DNA of 64,000 bases from the NCBI GenBank assembly GCA_027339965.1, contig DAHWNL010000036.1:59691-123690 (forward strand). Direction: 5' to 3'. How positions within the stretch are numbered: the first letter of the stretch is position 1; every line of letters starts with the position of its first letter. The translations under genes were made by a program, and so were the position numbers. The notes under the pieces were generated by a model. That model was not told where the DNA came from, did no database searches, and saw only the letters and a program-made list of their open reading frames with translations. Shown in pieces: positions 8,164 to 17,841 of the stretch. Source of the stretch: Granulicella sp. GTDB taxonomy: Bacteria > Acidobacteriota > Terriglobia > Terriglobales > Acidobacteriaceae.

Positions 8164-9264
8164 TTGACCTTTCGGTTGTTCGTCTTCGAGAGCCCATGCT
8201 TCCGCTGGAGAACTCGGTTGAGATACGCTGCCACAGTTCGCTGTCCGCCCGGCGCCCCGCAACCTGGCCCTGGCGCCACGGTCTCGTGCGCAGCCGAAGA
8301 GGGGTTCATGCTGGTGGCCGCGGTGGTGATGGTGGCCCTGCTGGCGATTGCGATCTCCGTAGCGGCCCCGATGGTGGCTCGGCAATTGCAGCGGGATAAG
8401 GAGGTCGAGAGCCAGCACCGGATGGAAGAGTACGTTCGTGCGATCCAGCTCTACTATCGAAGTTTCGGAAACTACCCGCCTTCCATCAAGGCGTTGGAGA
8501 ACAACAACAATATTCGGTTTTTGCGTAAGGTGTATGTTGATCCGTTAACCGGAAAGGCCGACTACCGGCTGATTCATCAGGGCGAACAGCAGACTAAGAT
8601 TCACGTATTCTTCGGCCAGGATCTGGATGACCTGGCGGCGAATCTGGGCGGGGGCTCGGGAATGCCGGCAGGCGCCATGGGGGCCATGGGAGCCTCGGGA
8701 GGGATGGCTCCGGGCGGACCGACCAGCGGCTCTCTTCCGGGTGGCCTCGGCTCCGGCCCGGGAGGATCATCGACGGGAAGCGACCTTGGCGGAAGCTCTT
8801 TTGGGAGTAGCACGAGCGGTCCGGGCAGTAGCGGCGGAACGTCGGCCAGCAATGGCAGCTCGGGAAGCAGCGGAGGCAACGGCAGCAGCTCGAACTCGGA
8901 CGATGACCTGGACGCCGATACGCTGGGCGTGATTGTAGGCGTCGGAACCTCCAGGACGGGAACCTCCATCACCCAGCCTAACGGGCAGACGTCCTACGAA
9001 TCCTGGGAGTTCTGGTACGACCCGAAGCTGGATATGCTCAAGCAGTCGGTCAACGTGAGTGGAGGCGGGAGTGGGATGACCTCGCAGTCGGCCAGCAGCT
9101 TTGGGCAGAATGCGGTCACGGGCCAGCCCAACTCCGGAGCGGGTGGAAGCAGCGCATTCGGAAGCAGTTCGTTTGGAAGCAGTTCTCCGAGCAGTAGCCC
9201 GATGGGGAGCAGCGGGCCGAATGGGGCCAACTCCAATAGTCCGTTCTCCAGCAGTCCGTTCTGA
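8164..9264 (+). CDS. Pseudopilin/minor pilin-like protein with Gly/Ser-rich regions (start uncertain)
   Basis: Prepilin-type cleavage site EEG|FMLVAAVVMVALLAI, then YVRAIQLYYR...YPPS and FLRKVYVDPLTG. Confidence 0.78.
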   Translation: MTFRLFVFESPCFRWRTRLRYAATVRCPPGAPQPGPGATVSCAAEEGFMLVAAVVMVALLAIAISVAAPMVARQLQRDKEVESQHRMEEYVRAIQLYYRSFGNYPPSIKALENNNNIRFLRKVYVDPLTGKADYRLIHQGEQQTKIHVFFGQDLDDLAANLGGGSGMPAGAMGAMGASGGMAPGGPTSGSLPGGLGSGPGGSSTGSDLGGSSFGSSTSGPGSSGGTSASNGSSGSSGGNGSSSNSDDDLDADTLGVIVGVGTSRTGTSITQPNGQTSYESWEFWYDPKLDMLKQSVNVSGGGSGMTSQSASSFGQNAVTGQPNSGAGGSSAFGSSSFGSSSPSSSPMGSSGPNGANSNSPFSSSPF

Positions 9265-9376
9265 TGCTGCCAGCCCACAGGTCAAAAAAGCGGAAAAGCC
9301 GAGATGTGAGGTGCCCAGCGGTTTGGAGGAGAGGCGATGAGAGAGTCGCCGCGGTGACGGCTGCGGCGAGGATCTG

Positions 9377-9550
9377 TCAGCGCTTGATCGCCCACATGGC
9401 CCAACTGGCGACGATCACGGCGGCAACAAACAGGAAAAAGCAGAGGGCGCCGAAGCGGATCATCATGCGGGGCTGTTCGCGCTGGGTGATGCCGAAGACC
9501 ACCGAGATGCAGAGCGCAAAGATCAGCATGGCGGAGAAGTGCGTGAGCAT
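9377..9550 (-). CDS. 57-aa two-TM membrane protein (absent from the ORF track)
   Basis: Hand translation: MLTHFSAMLIFALCISVVFGITQREQPRMMIRFGALCFFLFVAAVIVASWAMWAIKR*. Its ATG overlaps the upstream stop (TGATG). Confidence 0.8.
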   Translation of the reverse strand: MLTHFSAMLIFALCISVVFGITQREQPRMMIRFGALCFFLFVAAVIVASWAMWAIKR

Positions 9551-10002
9551 CAGAGAGAGGCCTTTCTGCCGTTGGCGAGCGAGTAGGCATCGATCGCAGC
9601 GATCATGTTGAGCAAGCCTCCGACCACCAGAAACTTGGTTCCGTAGTCCGCCAGGGTGTTCACCACCGAGGCCGCGCCCCAGTCGAAGAGCCGAGCCAGA
9701 AGATAGGGCAGGCCAACGCCCAGTTGCCCGGCGAAGCCGAGCATATCCATGAGGTCACCGGTGTTGGGCAGATAGACCTTGCCGGAGAGCATAAGGCCGA
9801 CGGCATACATGGTGAGGATGGCAGCGAAGAGCAGGAGGGCGCGCACCCACTTGCCAATGAGAAAGTGTCCCGCTCCGGGCAACAGCCAGCCGACGGCAAG
9901 CACCACGACCGGGAACATGCTGGAGTTCTCTTCCGGCAGCGGAGGCGCAGATTGCCGCTGTCTGGACGCATAGCTGGTGCTGGGCTGGTTCGGTGGGGCC
10001 AT
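9550..10002 (-). CDS. Membrane protein with a GWLLPGAGHF motif (DUF6677-like)
   Basis: PGAGHF motif, several TM helices, and a C-terminal GLLNMIAAIDAY. Confidence 0.72.
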   Translation of the reverse strand: MAPPNQPSTSYASRQRQSAPPLPEENSSMFPVVVLAVGWLLPGAGHFLIGKWVRALLLFAAILTMYAVGLMLSGKVYLPNTGDLMDMLGFAGQLGVGLPYLLARLFDWGAASVVNTLADYGTKFLVVGGLLNMIAAIDAYSLANGRKASL

Positions 10003-10049
10003 GGCTGTTGATTTTACCAGCAGCATCGAGCGCCGCGCCTGTGGACTGG

Positions 10050-11255
10050 TCAGATCTGTAATAACTGGCGCTGCAGGGGGCCGGTGACCGTGGCGCTGCC
10101 GGTACGGGTGATCATGTTGATCTCACTGCGGACGCCAAACTCGCCGGGGAAGTAAATTCCGGGTTCCACGGAGAAGCAGGTATTGGGCAGGAGGAGACGT
10201 TCGTCATGGGTCTCGAGGTTGTCCAGATGGGTTCCGTTGCCGTGCAACGCGACTTCAATGTTGTGGCCGGTTCGATGGGTGAAGAACTCGGCGAAACCGG
10301 CCTCGCGGATCACGGCGCGAGCGGCGTCGTCGGCCTCCCAGCCGGCGATGGGCCGGCCTTCGGTGCAAGCGCGCTGGATGGCCTCAATCGCAGCGTCGCG
10401 CGCGTCACGGACAGTATTGAAGATGAGTTGCTCGCGGTCCGTGGGGGCGCGTCCGATGACGGCGGTCCAGGTGATGTCATACCAGACGGCGGACGGATCG
10501 GGCAGGTCTGGATTGTCCGGAGCGGCCAGTTTGGCCCAGATGTCGATCAGGAGAAAGTCGCCGTGGCGCAGCCTGCGAGCGCTCTCCTCGGTGGGCTCAT
10601 AGTGAGAGTCGGCAGAGTTGGGGCCGGCGCTGCAGTTGGGGCCATGATCGGTCCAAAGACCGGCCTGGCGCATCTGTCGGCGCAGAAATTGCACGACGTC
10701 AAACTCGCTAAGGGCTGCTCCTGCTTGAAGGCTCTCGCCGATATACCTCCAGCCTGAGGCGAGGACAGCGTCCAGGCGCCGCTGCGCCTCATAGTGGGTG
10801 AGGATCTGGGCTTCCGTCAGCACGGCTTCAAACAGGCCGACCAGATCCGCGGAGCTGACCACAGCTTTGCCCATGGAACGGACCAGTTCCACAGTGCCGG
10901 CGTCCACCATGGAGACGTACATGATGGCGTTGCGCGGAGAGTACTGCATGGCAACGGTGGTCGCGCCATCGAGGAGTTCTTCGAGCTTCTGTTCGAGTTC
11001 CTGCCACGAGGAATAGGCATCCTTGCTGCCTGGCAGGCTGTCTAACTTGCCGGCCTCAACGCGGTGGACCAGCTTACGCGGTTCGCCCTCAGCCGGCACA
11101 AAGTAGAACCAGCGCCGAGAGACGAAGCTCTTTTCGTCCAGGCCCAGAACCCGGTAGGCGATGGGGTCGCGGTGGTGGTGGTCGTAGAACAGCCAGCCGT
11201 CAAAATGGCGCGACCGGAGCGCGGATTGCAATGGCGAGAGGTCGAAGTGATCCAT
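10050..11255 (-). CDS. M24-family Xaa-Pro peptidase
   Basis: Metal-ligand motifs LLIDIW, YDIT, HRTGH, SVEPGIY and GVRSE. The ORF-track extension to 11645 looks spurious. Confidence 0.9.
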   Translation of the reverse strand: MDHFDLSPLQSALRSRHFDGWLFYDHHHRDPIAYRVLGLDEKSFVSRRWFYFVPAEGEPRKLVHRVEAGKLDSLPGSKDAYSSWQELEQKLEELLDGATTVAMQYSPRNAIMYVSMVDAGTVELVRSMGKAVVSSADLVGLFEAVLTEAQILTHYEAQRRLDAVLASGWRYIGESLQAGAALSEFDVVQFLRRQMRQAGLWTDHGPNCSAGPNSADSHYEPTEESARRLRHGDFLLIDIWAKLAAPDNPDLPDPSAVWYDITWTAVIGRAPTDREQLIFNTVRDARDAAIEAIQRACTEGRPIAGWEADDAARAVIREAGFAEFFTHRTGHNIEVALHGNGTHLDNLETHDERLLLPNTCFSVEPGIYFPGEFGVRSEINMITRTGSATVTGPLQRQLLQI

Positions 11256-11570
11256 ACGAATCATCATAATCCGTGAGTATCCCAGAGTGGGAGCCAAAGC
11301 CATTCCGGGATCCAGGCGGGGATGGGCAGCGGTCGGGCGGAGGATCCACGGCGGCAAGCGGAGAGTCCGGGGGAGGACGAGTTTCTGCTCTCCGCTTGTT
11401 TCCGCAGGATGTTTGCCTCTTGAAGGGTATTGTCCGGCTGCGCCGATTCCGGTTAGGCTTGTTGGAGCGCTGGAGAGGTCTCTCCGGGCGCTGTCCAAGC
11501 AGAGCAGGCCGAGACGTCGGTTCCTCCGCTGCTCCGGAAGAGAAAGCCGCGCCTCGGAGCCGTAATTTCC

Positions 11571-12647
11571 ATGTCGGAAGAACACAAGATCAGCGCCGTC
11601 AAACAGATGACCCCGGGGCACAACTTGAAAGAGTTGGCCAAGCATCTCGGCGTGTCGCCGACCACCATCTCTCGCGTGATCAACAACGCCGGAAACAAAT
11701 ATCGCATTTCGGAAGAGACGCAGAAGCGCGTGCTGGCGGCGGCGGCCGAGATGAACTACAAGGCCAGTCCCTTGGCGCGGGGCTTACGCAGCCGGCGCTC
11801 GCAGACGATTGGAGTGATGGTGCCGGAGATCAGCGCCGGCTATTCGGCCGCCGTGCTGAGTGGAATAGAGGATGTGCTGCTACTCAGCGGCTTTTTCTAC
11901 TTCGTCGTCAGCCATCATCATCGCGAGGAGCTGCTGCGCGAATACCCGGCCTTATTGCTGTCGCGAGCGGTGGAGGGGATCATCGCCGTGGACTCGGTGC
12001 TGGAGGCGGAGCTGCCGGTTCCCACCATTGTTGTCTCCGGTCACCGGCGTTGCTCATCGGTGGTGAGTATTGAGCTGGACCACGATCTTGCGGCACACTT
12101 TGCGTTGGAGCATCTGCAGCGGCTGGGGCATCGGCGCATCGCCTTCATCAAGGGGCAGAGCTTCAGCTCCGATACCGAGATTCGTTGGCAGGCCATCGTG
12201 CGGGCTGCCGCGCAGTTGCAGATTTCCATCGATCCTCATCTGGTGGTCGCCCTGGAGGGGGACGATCCCACTTCGACACCCGGGCGGGTGGCGGCGCACA
12301 AGCTGCTAGCGGCGCAGACGCCTTTTACGGCCATCTTTGCCTTCAACGATCTCTCCGCCATGGGAGCTATTGTGGCCTTGCGCGAGGCTGGGGTGGAGGT
12401 GCCCAGGAGGGTCTCCGTCGTGGGCTTCGATGACGTGCTCGGCGCGGCCACCAACTACCCTCCGTTGACCACCGTGCGGCAACCCTTGCAAGAGATGGGA
12501 CGCGCTGCGGCCACCGCGCTACTGGAGCGCATTCGCGATCCAAAGGCCGGCGAGGCGCAGGCGCAGTCGAGGTCGATTCTGGTGTTGCCTACGTTTGTCG
12601 AGCGTAAGTCTACGGGCCCCGCGCCCAAGGATGTCGCAGCCCGATAG
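11571..12647 (+). CDS. LacI-family transcriptional regulator
   Basis: HTH LKELAKHLGVSPTTISRVIN; FAFNDLSAMG; VSVVGFDD; PPLTTVRQP. Confidence 0.93.
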   Translation: MSEEHKISAVKQMTPGHNLKELAKHLGVSPTTISRVINNAGNKYRISEETQKRVLAAAAEMNYKASPLARGLRSRRSQTIGVMVPEISAGYSAAVLSGIEDVLLLSGFFYFVVSHHHREELLREYPALLLSRAVEGIIAVDSVLEAELPVPTIVVSGHRRCSSVVSIELDHDLAAHFALEHLQRLGHRRIAFIKGQSFSSDTEIRWQAIVRAAAQLQISIDPHLVVALEGDDPTSTPGRVAAHKLLAAQTPFTAIFAFNDLSAMGAIVALREAGVEVPRRVSVVGFDDVLGAATNYPPLTTVRQPLQEMGRAAATALLERIRDPKAGEAQAQSRSILVLPTFVERKSTGPAPKDVAAR

Positions 12648-12672
12648 CGAGCGGGAAACGGATCCTGCCACC

Positions 12673-12969
12673 ATGCCCATCGCTACCCTGACGCTCGAGC
12701 TCTCCATGGAACACGCTCAGTCCCTCAAGGACCGCCGGCAGGTGGTGCGATCCCTCAAGGACAAGCTGCGCCACGGATTCAATATCTCCATCGCCGAGCT
12801 CGACGACGCCTCCCTGTGGAACCGCGCGACTCTGGGGGTGGTGGCTATCTCCAGCTCCAGCGCGTATCTGGGTGGCCAGTTGCGCCAGGTGGAGTCCGCC
12901 GCCCGGCGTCTGTGCGTGGGGTTAGGGTGTGAGATTCTGGATAGCTATATTGAGAACGATGGCTCGTGA
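12673..12969 (+). CDS. DUF503 (YlxP-like) protein
   Basis: AQSLKDRRQVVRSLKDKLRHGFNISIAE; sits in its usual position before rbfA. Confidence 0.85.
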   Translation: MPIATLTLELSMEHAQSLKDRRQVVRSLKDKLRHGFNISIAELDDASLWNRATLGVVAISSSSAYLGGQLRQVESAARRLCVGLGCEILDSYIENDGS

Positions 12970-13257
12970 TGCGATACGAATCAGGATTCTGGTGGAGAGA
13001 ACCTGAGACGGTCATACGCCTGGCGAGACGGCCTGTGAGACCGCGGACTGACGGAAGCGATGGATGGCCGCCATCCTGTAAGAAGCCAGCCTGGAAAAGG
13101 TCTGCTTTCAAGAGGATCGGCGGCGAGACCCTGCGTGGGACCCGGCGCCGGCAGACGGTGGGGCGGCAGGGGAGGGCCGCCAGCGGGAGTTTTTGCTCAC
13201 TTCGCCTTGCGAAAGGCTCAGGGGATGCCCAAGGGGTGCTAACCTGAAGAGTCAACT

Positions 13258-13698
13258 ATGCCCGAGCAACGCGCCAGAACGTATCATCGGGGCCGCCTGG
13301 TCAACGCCTTTTCTGAAGAGATCACGGCGATGCTCGAGGGGGAGCTTTCTGATCCCCGCATCTCTCCTTGCCACGTCACGGAGGTGGTTCTGGCTCCGGG
13401 CGGAAAGAGTTGCCGGGTCTTTGTGGCCGTGATGGGCGGGGAGCAGGAGGAGCGCGATACCCTGACGGGATTGATGGCGGCGCGAGGCTACGTGCGCAGC
13501 GAGATTCGGCAGCGGATGAATGTCCGCCAGGTTCCCGAGATTACCTTTGCGATCGACCGGTCCGAGAAGATCAACTCTCGGATCGAGGAGCTGTTAGGCC
13601 GGGTAGATAAGCGGCGCAGACTTGTTGAACCGCCACCGAAGGAGTTGGCTGGGGAGGCACGAAAGGAGGTTTCGGAACGCATGGAAACAGCTCTTTAG
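13258..13698 (+). CDS. rbfA: 30S ribosome-binding factor A
   Basis: LSDPRI...VTEVVL, ARGYVRSEI, RQVPEITFAID. Confidence 0.9.
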   Translation: MPEQRARTYHRGRLVNAFSEEITAMLEGELSDPRISPCHVTEVVLAPGGKSCRVFVAVMGGEQEERDTLTGLMAARGYVRSEIRQRMNVRQVPEITFAIDRSEKINSRIEELLGRVDKRRRLVEPPPKELAGEARKEVSERMETAL

Positions 13699-13727
13699 CG
13701 GTTGCAGCGGCTGTTCCCATTCCGGTT

Positions 13728-14753
13728 ATGAAACGTCAAGTTTCGATTGCGGCGCTTCTGGCCCTTGTCCAGAAGCAGAGATCGTTCGTTGTCAGTTCGC
13801 ACCTTCGTCCCGATGGCGATGCTATCGGCTCCGCTTTGGGACTGATGCATCTGCTGGAAGCGATGGGCAAGACGGCGTCCGTGGTGTTTGTTGATCCCAT
13901 CCCCGCGAACTTCAATTTTCTTCCCGGCAGAGATCGGATTTCGGGCACCTTTCCCAAGGCGGATGCGGCCATCCTCCTGGAGTGCGACTCGATTGAGCGC
14001 AGTTGCATCGATCGCAGCGAGTTTGAGGCTTCGACCCCCCAAATGACGATCAATATCGATCATCATCGCAGTGGCCGGGAGTTTGCGGACTTCAATTGGA
14101 TTGATCCGGAGGCGGCAGCGGTGGGCTGCATGATCTATGATCTGGCGATTGCGGCTGGGATCCCAATAACTCCAGAGATCTCTGACTGTCTGTACGCCGC
14201 AGTTCTGACCGATACAGGCTCTTTCAACTATCCGAGCACCACGGCGGCCACCTTTGCCATGGCGGAGCATCTGGTGCGATGCGGTACCGACCCGCACCGA
14301 ATTGCGGCGGAGGTTTACTTCTCCAACTCTCCCAGCAAAGTGCGCCTGTTGGGCGTGGCGCTGAGCAATATCCAGATTTCGGGTCCGGTCTCCTGGAGCC
14401 ACGTTACTTTGGAGGAGATGGAACGAGTCGGCGCCAGCATCGAGGATTGTGAGGGGGTAGCGAACCATCTGATTGGCATTGATGGGGTTGAGGCGGCGGT
14501 CTTTCTCCGCGAGACGCCGGAGCAGGATCAGTTTCGCCTGAGCCTGCGCAGCCGCCGGACACTGGATGTGTCGGTGATCGCGGAGCGGTTTGGCGGAGGT
14601 GGGCATCGAACCGCCAGCGGATGCAGCATGGCAGGGACGCTGATGGAGGTTACCAGCCGAATTGTGGAGGATCTTCGCCAAGCCTGTATCCCGCTGGCCG
14701 GTGCAGACGAGTCGGTGGAGGCTCCAACGCTGCCGTCGATTCTGTTAGCCTAG
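13728..14753 (+). CDS. nrnA: DHH/DHHA1 oligoribonuclease/PAP phosphatase
   Basis: HLRPDGDAIGS, IDHH, TDTGSF, SLRS and FGGGGH motifs. Confidence 0.9.
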   Translation: MKRQVSIAALLALVQKQRSFVVSSHLRPDGDAIGSALGLMHLLEAMGKTASVVFVDPIPANFNFLPGRDRISGTFPKADAAILLECDSIERSCIDRSEFEASTPQMTINIDHHRSGREFADFNWIDPEAAAVGCMIYDLAIAAGIPITPEISDCLYAAVLTDTGSFNYPSTTAATFAMAEHLVRCGTDPHRIAAEVYFSNSPSKVRLLGVALSNIQISGPVSWSHVTLEEMERVGASIEDCEGVANHLIGIDGVEAAVFLRETPEQDQFRLSLRSRRTLDVSVIAERFGGGGHRTASGCSMAGTLMEVTSRIVEDLRQACIPLAGADESVEAPTLPSILLA

Positions 14754-14781
14754 GGTTCGCTTCTGCAATCCAAGGGTAGCC

Positions 14782-16746
14782 GTGGAAGGATGCCCTTGGA
14801 GGGGTTTGGCCTGTGGAGATTTGCGTGAGCGCAACGGATTGCAGAACATCGGACCGCACGGATTGATCGATTCCACCCAACCCGCGCCTGGTGATGGACC
14901 CGCAACGGGATCCTCGAAGGGTCCGTTTGCAGAATCTTCGGCATCGCAGGCTCGGCCGCCGGCAGGCGCCTCCCGCGGTAGCGTCAGGCTGTTCCTCCTC
15001 CGGCTAAGCGACAACCATTTGGGTTCCACAGCCTCGGAGTTCGTGATTCTCCTTCTGTTTGTGGGATTTTTTCTTTTTTACGGTCTGATTCCCATCTTTG
15101 GCGGCGATCAACTGGGGCTGGTGGGCGCCGATGAGCCTCGTTACGCTCAGATTGCCAGGGAGATGCTGGCCGCCCATATAGCTGCATGCCAGGCGGTGCA
15201 TGCCACCATTCTGCCCCACAATCTGCGGCTGTCCAGTCTGCGCGCCTCCTATGACTGCCTGATGGGAGGGACGGTGACGCCCATCCTGTATGGCAAGCCC
15301 TGGCTGGAGAAGCCGGCGCTCTACTACTGGCGCGCCATGGGGTACTACCGGGAGCTGGGGGTCTACGACTGGACGGCCCGGCTGGCTTCAGCGACCGGCG
15401 CGCTGGCGCTGATGATTCTGGCGTTTCTGCACCTGAAGCGATTCCGCCCCGGCGGCCATCTGGACGCGGCGCTGATCATGGTCTCTTCCGTGGCGATGTT
15501 TGCTTTTTCCCGCGGAGCTTCCACGGACATGCAATTGGCGGCGCCGTTCTGCATCGGCATGCTGGGCTGGTATGCGTGGTATGAGACCGGCAAAAAGTTC
15601 TGGCTGTTTGACCTTTACTTCTTTAACGCCGCGGCCACGCTGGCCAAGGGGCCGATCGCCCCCTTTCTTGCCTTGGGCATTTTGTGCCTGTTTGTGGGGT
15701 TGAGGCGCGAGTGGTCGGCGCTGCGGCGCACCATCTGGATCCCAGGGATTGTGCTCTATTTGGCGATGGTGCTGCCCTGGTACATCGCGGTGCAGCGGCG
15801 CAATCCCACCTTCTTCGATGAGTTCTTCTGGCAGCACAATCTGGAGCGATACTCCACCAATCTCTACCACCATCGCCAACCCATCTTCTACTACCTGATC
15901 GTTCTGATTGTGGGTTTGCTGCCGTGGACGGCGCTCTCCCTGCGGGCGCTGGCGGATGGCATCGCGGAGTCGATTGCGGAGTGGAAGGTGCGCTTCAAGC
16001 CGCAGCGCTATGTTGGCCATGTCCGCGCAGGAGACGCTTTTCCCGAGTTTCTGGTCCTATGGGTGTTGTTTCCCATTGTCTTTTTCTCCTTCTCTGACTC
16101 CAAGCTTCCCGGGTATATCCTTCCTTCCATTCCTCCGCTGGCGATTCTGACCGGAGATTATCTGTTTCGCATCCGGCGGCCTGGGATCCCGAGCTGGTTG
16201 CTGTATGCTCACGCTGCACTGACGGGGGTGGTGACCTTTGTCCTGATTCTGTGCCCGCAGTACATGATCCACCAGCAACTGATTCCGGCTCCCGGCATTC
16301 TGATTGTGGCCACGGTGCTGGGGACCGCGGCGGGTTATTGGGTGGTTTGGGTGACCCGCCGTTATGGGGTGCGTCATCTTCGCCTGGCGACGATGGTTCC
16401 CCTGGTGGGCCTGCTTTACTTTTTGCTGGGAAGAAACGGCCGCCTTCTGGATCTGAATTACTCGGCCCGGCCTCTGGCCGGCCAGATTCAGCGGGCGGCT
16501 CCGGAAACCGGGGTGGTCGCTGAGTTTCAGTTGCGGCGTGATCTGGTCTATGGACTTGCATTCTATGAAGACCGTAAGATTCTCAGTTACGTCACCGATG
16601 GTGTTCCAGCCGGGGAGCATCTGGTCGTCTTCCCCGACCGCGATGAGGCGCTGATGCAGCGGTATTGGAAGGGCCGGCAGGTTCGCCCGGTTCTGCACTA
16701 CGCGGTGCAGGGCCTTTCGGTTTACGAAGTGTATCCGCAGCGTTGA
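14782..16746 (+). CDS. ArnT/GT83-GT39-like polytopic membrane glycosyltransferase (start uncertain)
   Basis: ADEPRYAQIAREML, WLEKPALYYW, LAKGP, SKLPGYILP, and many TM helices. Confidence 0.88.
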   Translation: MEGCPWRGLACGDLRERNGLQNIGPHGLIDSTQPAPGDGPATGSSKGPFAESSASQARPPAGASRGSVRLFLLRLSDNHLGSTASEFVILLLFVGFFLFYGLIPIFGGDQLGLVGADEPRYAQIAREMLAAHIAACQAVHATILPHNLRLSSLRASYDCLMGGTVTPILYGKPWLEKPALYYWRAMGYYRELGVYDWTARLASATGALALMILAFLHLKRFRPGGHLDAALIMVSSVAMFAFSRGASTDMQLAAPFCIGMLGWYAWYETGKKFWLFDLYFFNAAATLAKGPIAPFLALGILCLFVGLRREWSALRRTIWIPGIVLYLAMVLPWYIAVQRRNPTFFDEFFWQHNLERYSTNLYHHRQPIFYYLIVLIVGLLPWTALSLRALADGIAESIAEWKVRFKPQRYVGHVRAGDAFPEFLVLWVLFPIVFFSFSDSKLPGYILPSIPPLAILTGDYLFRIRRPGIPSWLLYAHAALTGVVTFVLILCPQYMIHQQLIPAPGILIVATVLGTAAGYWVVWVTRRYGVRHLRLATMVPLVGLLYFLLGRNGRLLDLNYSARPLAGQIQRAAPETGVVAEFQLRRDLVYGLAFYEDRKILSYVTDGVPAGEHLVVFPDRDEALMQRYWKGRQVRPVLHYAVQGLSVYEVYPQR

Positions 16747-16777
16747 GGGCGAAAGAGAGTCAGAGGCCGGGAAGACG

Positions 16778-17815
16778 TTGAGTTCAGCACAGAGCCGCTT
16801 TTCTCAACTCGAGATTCTTGATCTGCGCCACTTCTCCGGAGCGCAGTTGCGGCCGCTGCTGCGGGACGAGGCCGAGCGCTGGCAGCGCCGTTTGCACTGG
16901 GATTACACACCAGCCTCCGACATGCTGCTGGATTATCTGGACAGCCGCATTCTGTCGGGCTACGTAGCCCTGCGGGCGGGGCAGATCGCCGGTTACGCCT
17001 TCTGCGTCTGCGAAGGCGCGAAGGCGGTGATTGGGGATGTGTACGCGGTTGGCGAAACCGAGTCCACGGTGAACCCCATCTGCGAGACCCTGATGAACCA
17101 TCTGCTGGAGATGGTGAAGTCCATGCCAGGCGTGACGAGGGTAGAGTCCCAGTTGCTGATGTTTCCCGATGGGGCGCTGAGAGAGAGTTTTCAGCGCCAT
17201 GGGTTCAAGGCCTACCGGCGCTGCTTCATGCTGCGGGATCTGCAGGCTCATCCGCCACGAATGGATCAGGATCCGGCCGAGTTGCGTCCGGGCAGAAGCC
17301 TGGTGCTGGAGGCATGGCGACCGGAGTTTCATGATGGCGGGGCGCAGTTGATTCATCGCTGCTATGCCGACCATATGGACGCCGGCATCAACGACCAGTA
17401 CCGCACCCTGCACGGGGCGCAGCGGTTCCTGCACAACATCATTCGCTTCCCCGGCTGCGGCGTCTTTGATCCGGAGAACTCCTGGGTGGTGCGCGAGACA
17501 CAGCAGCGGAACGGAGGTCTCCCCCTGGCTGCGCCGCGCGGAGGGCCCGTGGAGGCGATGCTGCTGAGCTCCAAAGTCTGTGCGGGAGTGAACCACATCA
17601 CTCAGATCTGTGTGGCTCCCTCGCTACGCGGCAAAGGGCTGGGCCGTTTGCTGCTGGAGCAGAGCGCGAGGGAGGGAGCCCGGCGAGGCGTGCGTGAACT
17701 ATCCCTGACCGTGACCGAGGCCAATGCCAACGCCCGCGCGCTTTATGAGCGCCACGGTTTTCAGACGTTGCACCGCTTTGAAGCCATGGTGTTTGACAGC
17801 AGCGAGCGCCACTGA
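16778..17815 (+). CDS. Tandem GNAT N-acetyltransferase
   Basis: C-terminal CVAPSLRGKGLGRLLL and LTVTEANANARALYERHGF; a second, degenerate GNAT domain at the N-terminus. Confidence 0.87.
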   Translation: MSSAQSRFSQLEILDLRHFSGAQLRPLLRDEAERWQRRLHWDYTPASDMLLDYLDSRILSGYVALRAGQIAGYAFCVCEGAKAVIGDVYAVGETESTVNPICETLMNHLLEMVKSMPGVTRVESQLLMFPDGALRESFQRHGFKAYRRCFMLRDLQAHPPRMDQDPAELRPGRSLVLEAWRPEFHDGGAQLIHRCYADHMDAGINDQYRTLHGAQRFLHNIIRFPGCGVFDPENSWVVRETQQRNGGLPLAAPRGGPVEAMLLSSKVCAGVNHITQICVAPSLRGKGLGRLLLEQSAREGARRGVRELSLTVTEANANARALYERHGFQTLHRFEAMVFDSSERH

Positions 17816-17841
17816 GCGCCCATGCCTCTTGAGCCGCGTTG

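Noticed and set aside
10050..11645. 531-aa version of the peptidase and 649-aa version of ClC (to 24967)
   Set aside because: The extensions overlap lacI and marR respectively and look non-coding; downstream starts were used.
12970..13257. Riboswitch or 93-aa ORF between DUF503 and rbfA
   Set aside because: No recognisable riboswitch consensus; the ORF is Arg-rich without coding bias; the repeated GAGAC words are too short to interpret.
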